From: Squalus acanthias
Lineage: Eukaryota
Reading direction: 5' to 3'
DNA length: 64,000 bases
Assembly: GCA_030390025.1 (NCBI GenBank)
Contig: CM059447.1
Span: 15,500,001 to 15,564,000, forward strand
The notes beneath the pieces are model-generated. The model did no database searches. It was given only the letters and a program-made list of their open reading frames with translations, and was not told the DNA's origin. This document shows, piece after piece, positions 46,926 through 59,668 of the stretch. How positions within the stretch are numbered: the first letter of the stretch is position 1; each line of letters begins with the position of its first letter. Made by a program: the position numbers and the translations under genes.

Positions 46926-49539
46926 TCATTAATATGAAACATAGCATTGTTATGCAACTCCTGATACTGTCTTTGAGTTTATTTCTGTTAGTTAGATTTT
47001 AAGGGTGAATTGCTAATCAAAAGTTTTTTTGAGGGTGGGGGCAGAAACTGCAGATTGAAGTCATTTTATAATTTTTTGAGCTGGGCCCTTATTGAACGAT
47101 GTGCCACATTCACTCTGCTGAAGTGAAGTCACTCCGAACTGGGCCCAGACTGCGCTGTCTTTATAGATATTTCTCTCAAACACGTCCCTTTGCTCCCTGC
47201 CGGGGAGGGCAAATAAGGACTTCTCTCGGCAGCTGCTGCCAGTGGTGCTCTGTGATCAGCCAACTGGAGATGTAGTCAAGCGTGCCGTCGATGTTCCTCT
47301 TTCCACTCCCAGGATGGAATGTTTTGCTTTTAGCAGCTTGAGCATGCATAGTCCAACAAGGTATCCGTCCGTATGAGATTCACTCGGCGGACCGGCCTAA
47401 ATGGGAAACAGCACACGGATCCACTAACCACGTGAGTGATAGCTTTCCAATAGGTCGAGACAGAATGATTTAAAAATTAAAGAATGAATCGCAAAGGCCA
47501 ACTCCTCGTTTCTGCAATATATTACATAGGATAGAATGCTAATCGAGGCATAGAATTCACGTTCCGAATCTTTCCCATTCATTCCCTTTCAGGCAGACTT
47601 TCTGATTCTGCAGAAAGTCAGTCTCCGCCCCCCTGCATTGGGCAGAATTCCTTTTCCAAGCATAACATTTACCCAACAGTTTTGAATGTTCTGAAGACTG
47701 TTACCAGTCTATTGACTTTTTTTTGCTGAAGATAGCAGCAGCACATTTAGAAGTCTATTCTTTCGCCCATTATCGCCTGTATACGGACGATGGTTCTTTG
47801 TTTTTGAATTACAGCAGTAAAATAGATTTTTGAAGTCATGTCCTTTTTTTCCCATTTATATTCAGTTGCAGAATGAATCATTAAGCAGCCCAAGGTTGAA
47901 ATATTGCAAATGATATTTTTCCATTTGCAGACAGACGCACGCACAAATAAATAACACCACGATCCAATATTTCTTAACCTACCGAAGCTCAGTGTAATTC
48001 TGTTATAAACATGTTTTTTGAAGCCCAAACACCCCACTTGTTTCCATAGATACCCATTCTGTTAAGTGTATAATATTGAGTCATTTTCTTTTTAAGCATC
48101 TGCTTTCCAGTCTGCGCACACAATGCCACATTTTAAGTAGCAGATTAATGCCCCATTTTTACCTTCGCATTTGCTAATCAGTTAATTGTGCTTCTCTATG
48201 TGGATCAGTTTGACGCTTCATTATTTACTCACTGACCGAACCCAAAAGAGCAGTTTTCTAAATAAATGTGTTGTTGTTCGACAGTCCACAGTATCTGGAC
48301 TTCTGTGTCTCTTTGAAGTGATAATATAGAAACAATCTGGGTCAGATTAAGACCACCCAGGCTCCCAGGAAGATGTAACCCTTTATTGCTGGATTCATTA
48401 CGTTACTCCCTTCTGCTGATGCATTTATTCATTTCATATTTACACCACTCCTCTGAAAGTGTCATTATTATGGCCTATTTTAAAAGTTTTTTTTAATGAA
48501 TTTCATTTGTTACTTTAAACAGCTCATAAATGCCCTAACTATAGAGGCAGTATTTAAAATTTTATGATAATAAACATGGCGGATGTTTACCAGTTATTAG
48601 TTGCTCCTACAGAGCTTTCACATTACATGGCAGTGGTGGCTCAGCCTGTTCCTAATCACGCAAGTGTCCCAGCAGAGATTAATGTCTGTAAGGAGGGTCA
48701 CACCGACTGACAGATTGCGCCTTTCTGATGGTCTTCAGCATGGTAACAATTGCATTTCCTGCTAGTCTGCAATGCTATGACAACTGAATACTTCTGAAAA
48801 CATTCGGATTCTACTGTGCAGACAGATCTTGAGTCTAGAGCTAGTTTAGACCTTTGACATCCAAAAGACAAGTATTTGGGCAAGAAAATGGTTTAGATTT
48901 AAAGGAGCAATGTCAATTAGACAACAATAAGCTCCGATGGAAATATGAGATCTTAAAGCATTCTGATTCTAGATTCAAGTGAAACAATATAAAAGTCTTT
49001 TTTTGCTGTGGGAGGTATTTGTGGAAACCACCTTCAGTGGTTAGCACATGGAGCCCCAGAGGGTGATGGGCAATTTTTTTTTGAAGAGGTAAATTTCTTT
49101 TTTTCTGGGCTGCATTAAAGGACTTCTAATCTGCTGAGCTAGCGGGCAATCCCACAACACTTGTAAAATAAATCCAAGGTACTTGCTTGCTCTGGGCGGG
49201 AATAAGTTAATGCTTACTGGAAATAATGTGAGGAAATTCAGCAGACCTGATTGTAGGTCGCATCGGATTTCTTAAGGAAAGTGCTACAGCTTTAGCTGCT
49301 CTCTTTGTGCTGTGTATCCGAAAATACAACATTCTGACTGGTTGAATGGTGTAATTTCAACCTTGATTGAGTACAGTTAGGCCTCATGAGCTGAGTGGTA
49401 CAAAAATCACCCCATCAACAATCAGTATGTCATCTGTAGCATTAGAACATTCTCCACCACTAGCCAACTGTGTACTATTAGAAAGCTGCAAAGCACCAGA
49501 GAAACAAGGCATAATAGTAGTTGGAGCTGTGATCAAAGA

Positions 49540-50850
49540 GTTAGAATGGACTGTCTATTGTGCCGAGGGACTAAAGATAGCAGAACAACTGAAGGACTCA
49601 ACCTGTGGTCCTGTCCTTCAATCAACCTGTCTATCCTCAATTCCCAAGTCTGGCACAGCCAGATGACCGTTATTACTTAATACTTCAGTGATTTCCAGGC
49701 AGGCTCCCGAGGTCTGGAAGTCTGCCAGTGTTGTATCCCTAGTCAGGGTGAATACACCAATGACCATAGGAAGAGATCTGTATAATATCGGAGGCCTATT
49801 ATTAACAAGGTGTGTGGGAGTTTTATCTTTGATGAGATGTAGGATGTCTTTAACAAGCACCCAGACCTTTTATTAATTTGGATGTATAAAAAGAAATCTG
49901 TCAAGATCCATTCTCTGGTAAATTAAATGTACAAATGTTATTGAAAGAAAAAAGTATCACAAGACCATTTATTATCTATCAAAGGGTTTCTGATCTAACT
50001 GATCACCACATACTGTTAAATAAGTGGAAGGATTATATCTGTTATTCTGTTGTAAATTGAACAGATATGTTCCTAACAAAGAAGATTTAAAGGATTAAAA
50101 ATGGTTCAATACAATCAAATTGGACTAGAATTCATGTACACCTCAGGAAATTGTATTAGATGTTTGTGTGTTTCTATTAATAATTTGAAATTACATTGCC
50201 ACATGTTCAACGACACTGATGGCAGTTCAGTATTTGAGAATTACAGTCATTTTTCAGACAGTTTATTCCAGGATCGTCCTGATATGTTAGTTGAAAGGCT
50301 GGAAACAAATGACGTGACTATCAATTGTACAAAGATAAAAGAACTAAGTTTCCTTTTGTAAAAATAAGTGCAGTTCCAAGTTTAATAAGCAATTTGCTGT
50401 TTGAGAATATCTCCACCGCTACACTACCCAGAATCCATAATGTCTAATGGTGAAATGGGACACACATGTAGGTTCATTGTATGGAAAATAAAGCAAGGGA
50501 TTGTATGAAAACGCAAGTCTCAGTACTGATGATTTATTATTCCTTTAAAGAACAGTGACTAGATTCTGCATGAAATATGCTAGCCAGGCTTGGCATTCCA
50601 GCTTAACATCTGGGGCATCCAATCAGTTGGAATTAATCCAAACGCAAGCTTTAAAGATAATATTCAGAGATTTAAAGCTCTAATGATCTTCTTAAGGTGG
50701 AAAACATTGAAAGATTAGAAAAAATAAAGAAACTTGTATGAGCGATTATTTCGAGATGTGCAGCAACCTGATATTACACTGGATCATTTATTAATGAAAT
50801 ATGAGATATAGTTGTGATCTTATACACCAACATAAGTGGTTGATTCTTTT
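49540..50850 (+). pseudogene. Ancient, highly decayed non-LTR reverse transcriptase fossil
   Basis: PEVWKSASVVSL...GRDL, LSKGF-DLTDHHILLNK, INCTKIKEL, YASQAWHSSLT...NQLELIQTQALKII. Many stops. Confidence 0.7.
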
Positions 50851-51251
50851 TTCAGCATTAAAAAAAGCCTGTTTATTTGGTGCCTAAATCACAGGCGATG
50901 ATGTTATGAGCGCTGCCCTCTTTGAGAATGTGTTTGGTTCTTTCTTTCAGCCATGTTTTACAATATTGACAGTTCTTTCATAATTTCTTTTGACAGTCTC
51001 ACATAAGTGTACATGTTTTTTTTTAACTTTGTATGATTTCTACATTATTTTGAAATTTGTACATAACTAACTGTCTTTAACAATGTTCAATAAAGGTGAC
51101 TTATAATAATATAAAAGAAGTAGTGATAAAATAAGCACACACTTAGAAGCATTGCTCTCCCACTGGAGGGTGGAAAACATTTTGCCCCAAGATTTTATAA
51201 TATATATAAATATGCAGCTGAATACCTGACCTGAATTTGACCACCACACTT

Positions 51252-51977
51252 GGGCCTAGAAATTTGGGCGCGCCTATTTTTGGGCCCCCATTACCCGCCG
51301 AGTGTTAACAGCCCCGCGCTCAAATGGGGAGGTCTGAGGAGCCCCGGACTTTGGGCCTCAGACCTCATCATAATGTAGATGGTGCTGTGGTAGGAGCCCG
51401 CACAGGTTAGTGCAACCATTTCCAGGTAAGTGATTGGGTTGGATTGCAGGGGTCTGGAGGAGGAACGGGTGGGACTCGAAGTCTGTGATTGGGGTTCGGT
51501 GGGGGATCGGGTCGGAAGATCGCCGACCTCGGGAGTACTTTTAGGAGGTCAGGGTTAGAGCTGGGAAGGAGGAGATCTGGGGGGGCGTGGAGGTCGGAGT
51601 CGGGAGTGAGGTCAGAGATCTCGGGACTGGGAGTAGCGGTGACTACGGTAAGTATTTACCTTTTTTCACTTACGTGGTGTTTAGCGTTGGTTTTCCCCTG
51701 AGGCAATCAGCACTGGCACTGGCTGCCTCAAGCCAAACCAGAGTTGCAGCATGGACCAGAATCAGGCGTTAGGCCCCTTATTTGCATATGTAAATTAATG
51801 AATGCCTGCTTCAGACGTGGGTAAAGGCACCTCTTGTTTGTCCTTTACCAATATGGCGTCCGGCACGATTCGCGACAGAAGTGTGCACGCGCGCGCGCGT
51901 CAGACGGCATTTTGGTCCTCAAACAGCACCCGTAGCGCCCAAACAACGGGCGCTACCGATCCCAATTTCGCGCACCC
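51252..51977. mobile_element. GC-rich MITE-like TIR element
   Basis: Ends gggcctagaaatttgggcg / cccaatttc...ccc; internal layout resembles 38557-39173; TIRs are imperfect. Confidence 0.65.
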
Positions 51978-52364
51978 GAGATGTTTTATCCTTTTTAAAA
52001 ATGTCTAAACTTTGCAAGCTTATCTTCAGTCTGGCATGTTACAAATCATTCAGTAGAGTATGGCTTCCTGTATAGTCGCCTATGTGTGATCTGCAAAATG
52101 CTTTGTTTTGGTTTGATGTGGGTTTGTTTGAAAAAGTTCTGTTATTTTGGGGTGCATCTCCCCTCCTGCTGTATTTTGAATATTGCACATCTGGTACTTA
52201 AGGGGAAGAGGTTGAATAGAATGATATACAACATGCAATGCTTGGTCTGAAACTGGGTGTGGAAAGTTTGATTATGTTGAGAAAAACCATTGTACAGGCT
52301 GTTCAAGAAGTTCTGATTGTAATACTTAATTGCCTTTTATTTTTAAAAGAGTGTGCTGCCCTCC

Positions 52365-52735
52365 CACTCCAATGGCTTAGATGTAAAATATCCATCACTG
52401 AGCCATACAGACTATGTTCGATCCATGGGTTTCTACTGAATTAGTTGATCTCAGCCAGGACAGCAGGAGGTGCACTCTAATTGAGCGCAGTTTCTGGATT
52501 AGAGAAGGGAACAATTGGCCAGGGTTCCCACATCTGATCCAGCAACCTCTGCTGGAAGTGCATGTGTGTGTGGCTACCAGTCAGGATCAGGCTCATCTCT
52601 GATGTCCTCCACAGCCCGAAAGCCTGCCAACACTCAGTATCAAGGTTCAGATGTGAATATTGGTGACTTGGATGAAGGATGGGAGGGTGACTCCTGCCCG
52701 TGAAACTATATCCAAGAAATGGCGGGGAGAAAATT
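52365..52735 (+). mobile_element. SINE family C, diverged
   Basis: tRNA-like head (ctgagccatacagac...gttcgatcc) and body complementary to the minus-strand copies. Confidence 0.7.
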
Positions 52736-53508
52736 AGAAAAAAGAAGAGAGCACTGCGTAAAGTATGACTAAATGATAATCCTGAAGCAGCAATGTTAAG
52801 GAGTAATGTTTTATTTTTCAATTTTGTATGTATTTTGTACATCTAGAAATTTGAAGTAAGGTGAATGTTTGTTGATATAACTTACTCATCCAGTTTCAAA
52901 CATCACCTTCTGCAGGGAGGGTTGTTGCCTGAACTTTCCCCATATTCTTGGTTTTAAAGAAATTATTCTACTCTTCCAGTTGAAGGAGGAGGCTTTGTGG
53001 AATTAAGTGATCTGTGGGAAAATGTTGGGGGAAAAAATTTATTTTTGTGAATAAGAATTCTGAAAAGGCGAAACTTTTGATCTAGTAATCAGAACAGAAT
53101 CTCCTTTCTGCAATTATTAAATATTTCAATATGCATTCTGGATTATCTAAATTAAAGTTTATTTATTTAAAAAAATAATTTGGAACAATTACTTGGTGCA
53201 GGAAAAACAAAATATGCAACGAATCAGTGAAAAGGCTGACCAATATCAAGTCTTGTCTGGGAGGCCTGGCAGGAGTCTGGTGCAATTTACATTTTATTTG
53301 TTCGCTGGCACAAATCAACTAAATATTCATGAAACAGTTTGTGTTTTGTGGGTGTTGTTTCCAGGAGTAGGAGCAGGATAATCTCAGGCATGCACCTTCT
53401 CGAGCTCGTTCAGGATTCTGGAGTGAATTTTTTGTGCAGGTTCACACCAGCATGACACTGGCACTGGGCATGGCACAGACATGGCCCCGGTGTGACACCG
53501 CAGCCAAC

Positions 53509-53736
53509 CTTTGAGGAGTGCACAGGAGCCGAGTGCGGTTCGACTGCTCTGGTTTGCTGCCTCTGCTGCCACCTGCGCAGCTGGACCCTGCAATCCTGGG
53601 TCTTGGATTGAGCTGTACTGCCGATCCAAGACAAAAAATGTGCGTTTGGCGAGCTGCCTGTTCCGCCTTCCCATAGCGAGCTTGCTGTACAGACGAAGCT
53701 TCCCCTTCATGTACCTCGACTGCTGCTGCATAGGAG
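53509..53736 (-). CDS. Candidate 228-nt exon, phase 1-1 (APMQQQSRYMKGKLRLYSKLAMGRRNRQLAKRTFFVLDRQYSS...CALLK); or a terminal exon reading to TGA at 53384
   Basis: Strong acceptor ttttttttgtgttgctttctggcag; GC/CpG-rich, non-repetitive open frame within AT-rich flanks; donor AAG|gttggc. Confidence 0.6.
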
Positions 53737-55349
53737 CTGCCAGAAAGCAACACAAAAAAAAAATAGCTGAAAATTAGATTTAGAAAAAAATGCAGTTAAT
53801 ACTCTTGGATATCACATGAATTCCTGCTTATAATGGACAACTACTCCCCTTCAGTGGTCTGGGTCAGTCCATGCTCAGCAGCTGCAACATTCCAAGTCAG
53901 GGCCAATGAACTATGGATGATCCTGGATTCTAGGATATATTAAAAATCAATGAAACAGCCAGAATTTATCAAGTAAATTTAACACAATTGCAACATTTCC
54001 ATATATAGTTAGTGTAGACTTTAGTTTCTGAAAGTAGACAGGAAACTGTGTTACACTGGGACCTTTTATTTGAAGACCGAGCAGGAGCTGCGAGTCTGGT
54101 AATACACATACGCATGCAAGGGCAAACCAGCTACGGGAGGCAGGAGTGATTTTTGATAGCCATTTATTTCCCTACCTCATAAAATCATCCTAGTATGAAC
54201 AGAGTGGGTGAACAAGCTGACACGAAGCACCGAGGTCAGATTCATCAAATGAATTCGATGACCAGTGCAATACTAAATGGGTAACACAGATACTGCAGGA
54301 GTCTCACACTGGTACAACTCAATTAAGACCTTGCATTTCAGGATTCAACTGTGTCGGAGCCAAAAGGGATAGCAAACTGGTGAGAGCTTTTGTTGTATAA
54401 ACCTCCTTTAACCTCAGAGAAATCAAAGTCATTTAAAAATTAACGAACTGAACCTTTTCCTTAATGTGAATGAACAATATTTTGGGATTCTACAGGTTTA
54501 CATCAAAAAAGAATAAAGCAAATGTGCACATCACTTTCTTTATTGTTGCTTCTCTTGTTTCCTGATCTGTTGCTGGTTAAGATGATATCATGGAGGAACT
54601 GCCTGGGCATGCTTACTAGGGTCTGTCACAACTGCTTCTACCAGACATGGTACCATCGCTGGCCACCCCACCCCAGCCCACCATACCCCACTTCCACCCC
54701 ACCACACCACACCCCACCCCAGCCCCCCTCCCCATCCCACCAGAGTTTGTGATATTGTGTCAATCCTTCGATTTGTTTCTGTAAACTACAGGAAAATAAA
54801 TAATTGATATTATAAACCAAATACTTTCTGGTGGGATATGTAATATGAGCTGAGAGATTACCATTAGTGATATTAGCAGATGAATGCATAATATATTTGT
54901 ATGACATTCCTCTGTTTACCACAGGTGTTAACCCCTTTATTTTAAAGGGATTAACGCCCCCCCCCCCCTAAAATAGCAGACATGAATGCCATAGGAACGT
55001 GTTAAATATCTGTCCACTAATATTGACAGCAGTATAATATTTATTTTCACCCTCAAGACTGGTTGCAACTCACTAGTCATTTTGCCACTCATGATTTGTA
55101 TTTCCTTACTTATGGAAATAAAAATCAAATCCCATCTTATGGTCAATGCTTTCCTTTATATCCACCAGGATAGTGTGTTTCAGGCCTTCAACTCGATCAC
55201 ATCTTACTCGGCCTGCAATGGCTCTGACTTCTGGATCTTTAACACTAAAGGTAGACGGATAGTCCATAATTCACTATGAAAACTGAGATCTCTACCACAT
55301 AGACAATCACCTTAAGGGAGATCTCCTCTATGCCACAAATATAATCACC

Positions 55350-56540
55350 ATTCGACTGAACTGAAGTCAATGCGGGTCAAAATAAAAACTCTCCAGTGGC
55401 TGGAGTCATACCTGATGCAAAGGAAGATGATTGTGGTTGTCAGAGGCCAAACATCACAGCCCAGGACATCACTGCAGAATTTCCTCAGGGAAGCATCCTT
55501 GGCCCAACCATCTTCAGCTGCTTCATCAATGACCTTCCTCTGTCATAAAGTCAGGAGTAGGGCTGTTCACTGACAATTCCATAGTGTTCAGATCCATTCT
55601 ACTATAATGAAGCAACTCATATCAGCCTACTACTATGGGTATGGTAGCATAGTGGTTATGTTACTGGACATGAGGCCTGGACTAATGACTCTGGGGACAT
55701 GAGTTCAAATCCCACCATGGCAGCTGGGGAATTTAAATTCAGTTAATTAAATAGTAAAATCTGGAATTTAAAGCTAGTATCAGTAATGGTGACCATGAAA
55801 CTACTGGATTGTCGTAAAAACCCATCTGGTTCACTAATGTCCTTCAGGGAAGGAAATCTGCTGCCCTTACCTGGTCTGGCCTATATGTGACTCTAGACCC
55901 ACAGCAATGTGGTTGACTCTTAACTGCCCTCTGAAATAGCCTAGCAAGTCACTCAGTTGTATAAGGCGGCTCACCACCACCTCAAGGGCAATTAGGGATG
56001 GGCAATAAATGCTGGCCTTGCCAGCAATGCCCACATCCCATGAACGAATTAAAAACAAAACAACAGGACTTGGATAACATCCAGGCTTGGGCTGACAAAG
56101 TGGCAGGTAACATTTGCGCCACGTAATAACCATCTTGAACAAGAGAAAGCTCAGCCATCTCAACAGTACCACCATCACTAAATACCCCACCATTGACCAG
56201 AAGCTAAACTGGACCAGTCATATCAACACTATGGCTACAAGAGCAGGGCAGAAGCTGTGATGAGCGGCTTACCTCCTGACTCTTCAAAGCCTCTCCACCA
56301 TCTCCAAGGCTCAAGTAAGGAGTGTGATGGAATACTCACCGCTTGCCTGGATGGGTGCAACTGCGACGACACTCAAGAAACTCAACACCATTCAAGACAG
56401 AGCAGTTCACTTTCTGGTGCCCCTGCCACTGGACTCAATATCCACCCTCTCAGCACCGGTGCACTGTGGCTGCAGTATTTGTGATCTACAGGATGTATTG
56501 CAGCACCTCTCTCCCTTGTGACTTCTACTATGGAGAAGGA
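55350..56540 (+). mobile_element. Degenerate CR1-clade LINE interrupted by SINE family B
   Basis: KTLQWLESYL, PTIFSCFINDL, QQDLDNIQAWADKWQVTF, MEYSPLAWMGA; same family as 28240-29325. Confidence 0.85.
55636..56056 (+). mobile_element. Full-length tRNA-derived SINE family B
   Basis: A-box tagcatagtgg, B-box gagttcaaatcc, CR1-like tail ctcaccaccacctcaagggcaattaggg...aataaa. Confidence 0.88.
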
Positions 56541-56985
56541 CAAGAGCAGCAGTGACAGACCAGAGATCAGCAGGGAGTGCTGTTTGTTGCACTTCTGAGT
56601 AAGACTGTCATGACATGTTGCTCATGGGTCAGTCGGTCTTCCTTGCTCCCTGGATATCCTCCACACTATGTACCCTGCATCTATTTATCTTTTTATTTCA
56701 GCATTCCATAACAACCCCCTTCCCCCCGCCGCCCCCACAACCCGGTGACACAACTCTATTCAATCTCGATCAATCCTGCAAAATGAGTTGCAGAAGCTAT
56801 GTTAAAGCAAAAGGAAACATTTTAAATAGTGCAAAGCTGCTCTCTATACTTGAATTGAGAAACAACAGAGTGAGAGTTTACGAATTTCATTAAAGAGAGG
56901 AACATCACTTTGGTTGGTGGAAGCAGACACATTTATGACGGGGCAACACAGTATTTGCAGAGGTAGCCAACCAAATATACAGCTC

Positions 56986-57594
56986 GGCCCTGAAATTCTT
57001 GGGCTCTGGAAGGGTGAAAAGGAAGATTTGTATCGGGGGGGTTTCCCCAGGAGGGGCCAGGGATGGACGAATTTGGGGCAGAGCCTAGTTACATTGGGAT
57101 TTTGGTCCATTTACATTTGTCCTTTAAATTCCAGTGGGGGGGGGGGCATGGACAGATCTTCCGTCCAGCCCCCAAATTATGGGCCATATCTGGAGAAGTT
57201 CCTGAGCTTACCTGGTAAATTCCACCCAAGGCCTCAGGGAAATCACACCAGTTGAGAACCGTAATGAGTCCAAGTGAGAGCCTTAAAAGGGCCCCACACC
57301 ATTGCTAGGGAAAGGTAATTGACCCCAGAGGGCCACTTGCTCACTTGGGAGGAGAAGATTAAAAACTGAAGATTTCCACTGGGCCCTCGCGGGGTCTCCT
57401 CACCATCGAAGAGACTTTGTGCTGTTTGTGGTGGGGTGCCACTGAAGTGCCTTTACAAGAGTGCGGCACCTGCCCCAGCCATGCAAATGACCCTGTCCCT
57501 GCAGTTTGGGGCTATGCCTTGGGGAATGGCTGGTCGGGGGTTTCATTCCACCACAGTTGCACTGGTGGGGCGAGCCCCCAGGAGTTTCAGCCTA
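56986..57594. mobile_element. Diverged GC-rich MITE-like element
   Basis: Ends ggccctgaaattcttggg / cccaggagtttcagcc. Confidence 0.55.
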
Positions 57595-57758
57595 GGCCCA
57601 ACCTTGACTGACTTAAACTCCGATACCATCATAGGATAGGCTTTGCCGGGCTTTGGATAAAATGATAAAAGGAGCATTCCGCAATACTGGAATGTTACAT
57701 CTAAGGCGTGTTGGAGTGTCAGCAGTAGTTCAGCACCACAGCTGGTCACTTCAAAGGC

Positions 57759-58213
57759 AAAGACTTGCATTTATATAGCGCCTTTCATGACCACCGGACG
57801 TCTCAAAGCGCTTTACAGTCAATGAAGTACTTTTGAAGTGGAGTTACTGTTGTAATGTGGAAAACACGGCAGCCAATTTGCGCACAGCAAGCTCCCACAA
57901 ACACCAATGTGATAATGACCAGATAATTTGTTTTTGTTATGTTGGTTGAGGGATAAATATTGGCCAGGACGCTGGGGATAACTCGCCTGCTCTTCTTCGA
58001 AATAGTGCCATGGGATCTTTTACGTCCCTCTGAGAGAGCAGATGGGGCCTCGGTTTAACGTCTCATCCGAAAGACGGCACCTCTGACAGTGCCGCACTCC
58101 CTCAGCACTGGAGTGTCAGCCTAGATTTATGTGTTCAAGTCCCTGGAGTGGGACTTGAACCTACAACCTTCTGACTCAGAGGCGAGTGTGCTACCCACTG
58201 AGCCAATGCTGAC
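57759..58213 (-). mobile_element. Full-length SINE family A
   Basis: Aligns end to end with the reverse complement of 1299-1756. Confidence 0.92.
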
Positions 58214-58249
58214 CCTGCAAATGATTCTACAGTGTGATATTTGCAGGTG

Positions 58250-59075
58250 AGAGTGAACTAGGAAGGCCAGCAGAATCAGAGGAGGCAGATCAGAAACTAC
58301 AGAGTGAGCTAAACAAAATATATGAGTGGGCCGAACAATGGCAAGTGAAATTTAATACCGACAAATGTATAGTATTACACATAGGAAAGAAAAATGGGTA
58401 ATAGGCATACTTCACGAATGTTGTTGAAATAACTAAGGATGAAGTTAAGAGACCTAGGAGTCTTAGTAGACTCAATGCTCAAGAAATCTGACCAATGCCG
58501 AGGAGCAATCATCAAGGCCAATAGAACGTTAAACTACATAGTCGCAACAGAATACAAGTCGAAGGAAGTTGTGATCAAAATGTACCATCCTCTGGTGAGA
58601 ACACACCTTACGTACTGTGTCCAGTTCTGGTCAAGTGCTGGAGCCAGTGCAGAGGACAGCCACAAGGCTGATGTCGAGTGTCAGGGCTCCAGTTTATGAG
58701 CAAAGGTGGGAGAATCTTGGACTTTTCAGCCTGGAAAATAGACATTTGAGGTGTGACCTTATAGAAGTATATAATATAGTAAACGGTATGGAAAAAAAAT
58801 AATCTGGAATACTACTTTAAATAAAACAGTGTGAGTACAACAAAGGGACACAGGCTCAAACTTGTAAAATGTAACTTTAGGACTGATATCGGGAGATTCT
58901 TCTTCACGCAGAGAGTGATCAACACTTAGAATGAACTTCTGGGCAAAGTGGTGGAGTCGAAAAGTCTGGAATCATTTGAGAAACAACCAGATGCAGCAAT
59001 TGGAGGATGTAGAGTTGGTCTGGATGAATAAATTAAGATGGGCTGAATGGCCTTCCCCATCTATAAGTACCTTAC
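58250..59075 (+). mobile_element. CR1 LINE 3' fragment
   Basis: EWAEQWQVKFNTDKC, RDLGVLVD, LVRTHLTYCVQFWS, FFFTQRVIN. Confidence 0.9.
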
Positions 59076-59494
59076 GATCACAATGGTTGCCACAGAGAAG
59101 TTTATATCCCACATTTTGTGTGGTGATGAAGATGGTGGTGAGACACAATAGTGGGACCTGAAAGGTAAAATTGGGGCAACAAAAATATTTTTAAATACTT
59201 GCTAATATCTAATTATATTATATAACTAGTAAGCATCTCATGTGGCGATCCATCAGTCACATGCTTGAATGTACATGGCACATTCATTGATTCCACAGCA
59301 CAACACATCTTCAAATAAGTTGGATTTGGGCATAGGTTTTGTTGTTTCATGCTCTTAGCAAAGATAAAATTATTCTTAACTCTCTGCAGGAGTGCGAGGG
59401 GTTTTGGGGGTGGAATGGATGGTGACAGTAAAATGAAGTTCTTTACAGTAAATCACGATCTCTTTTAAAGCTGCCATTATACTCAATTGCTTAC

Positions 59495-59530
59495 CATCAC
59501 AAACGAGACTACCTTTTGACACAGAGAAGG
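59495..59530 (-). CDS. Candidate 36-nt exon, phase 1-1, (A)FSVSKGSLVCD
   Basis: Branch point cctaac, polypyrimidine tract, AG acceptor, donor ATG|gtaagc. Confidence 0.5.
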
Positions 59531-59668
59531 CTTTTACACACAGGAAAATAAAAAGGGTTAGGAAAGATGGAGCACGAATCCTGAAGCATTGGGGCCTTTT
59601 GTAACGTTTTGTAATATATTTAGTTAAATAGCCAGATTGGAGCAGAGGGAGGATGGGGCTCTGCTTAC

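Noticed and set aside
54660-54740. G-quadruplex-prone C-rich tract (also G-rich 14668-14703)
   Set aside because: Low-complexity sequence that is common in vertebrate introns, with no evidence of function.
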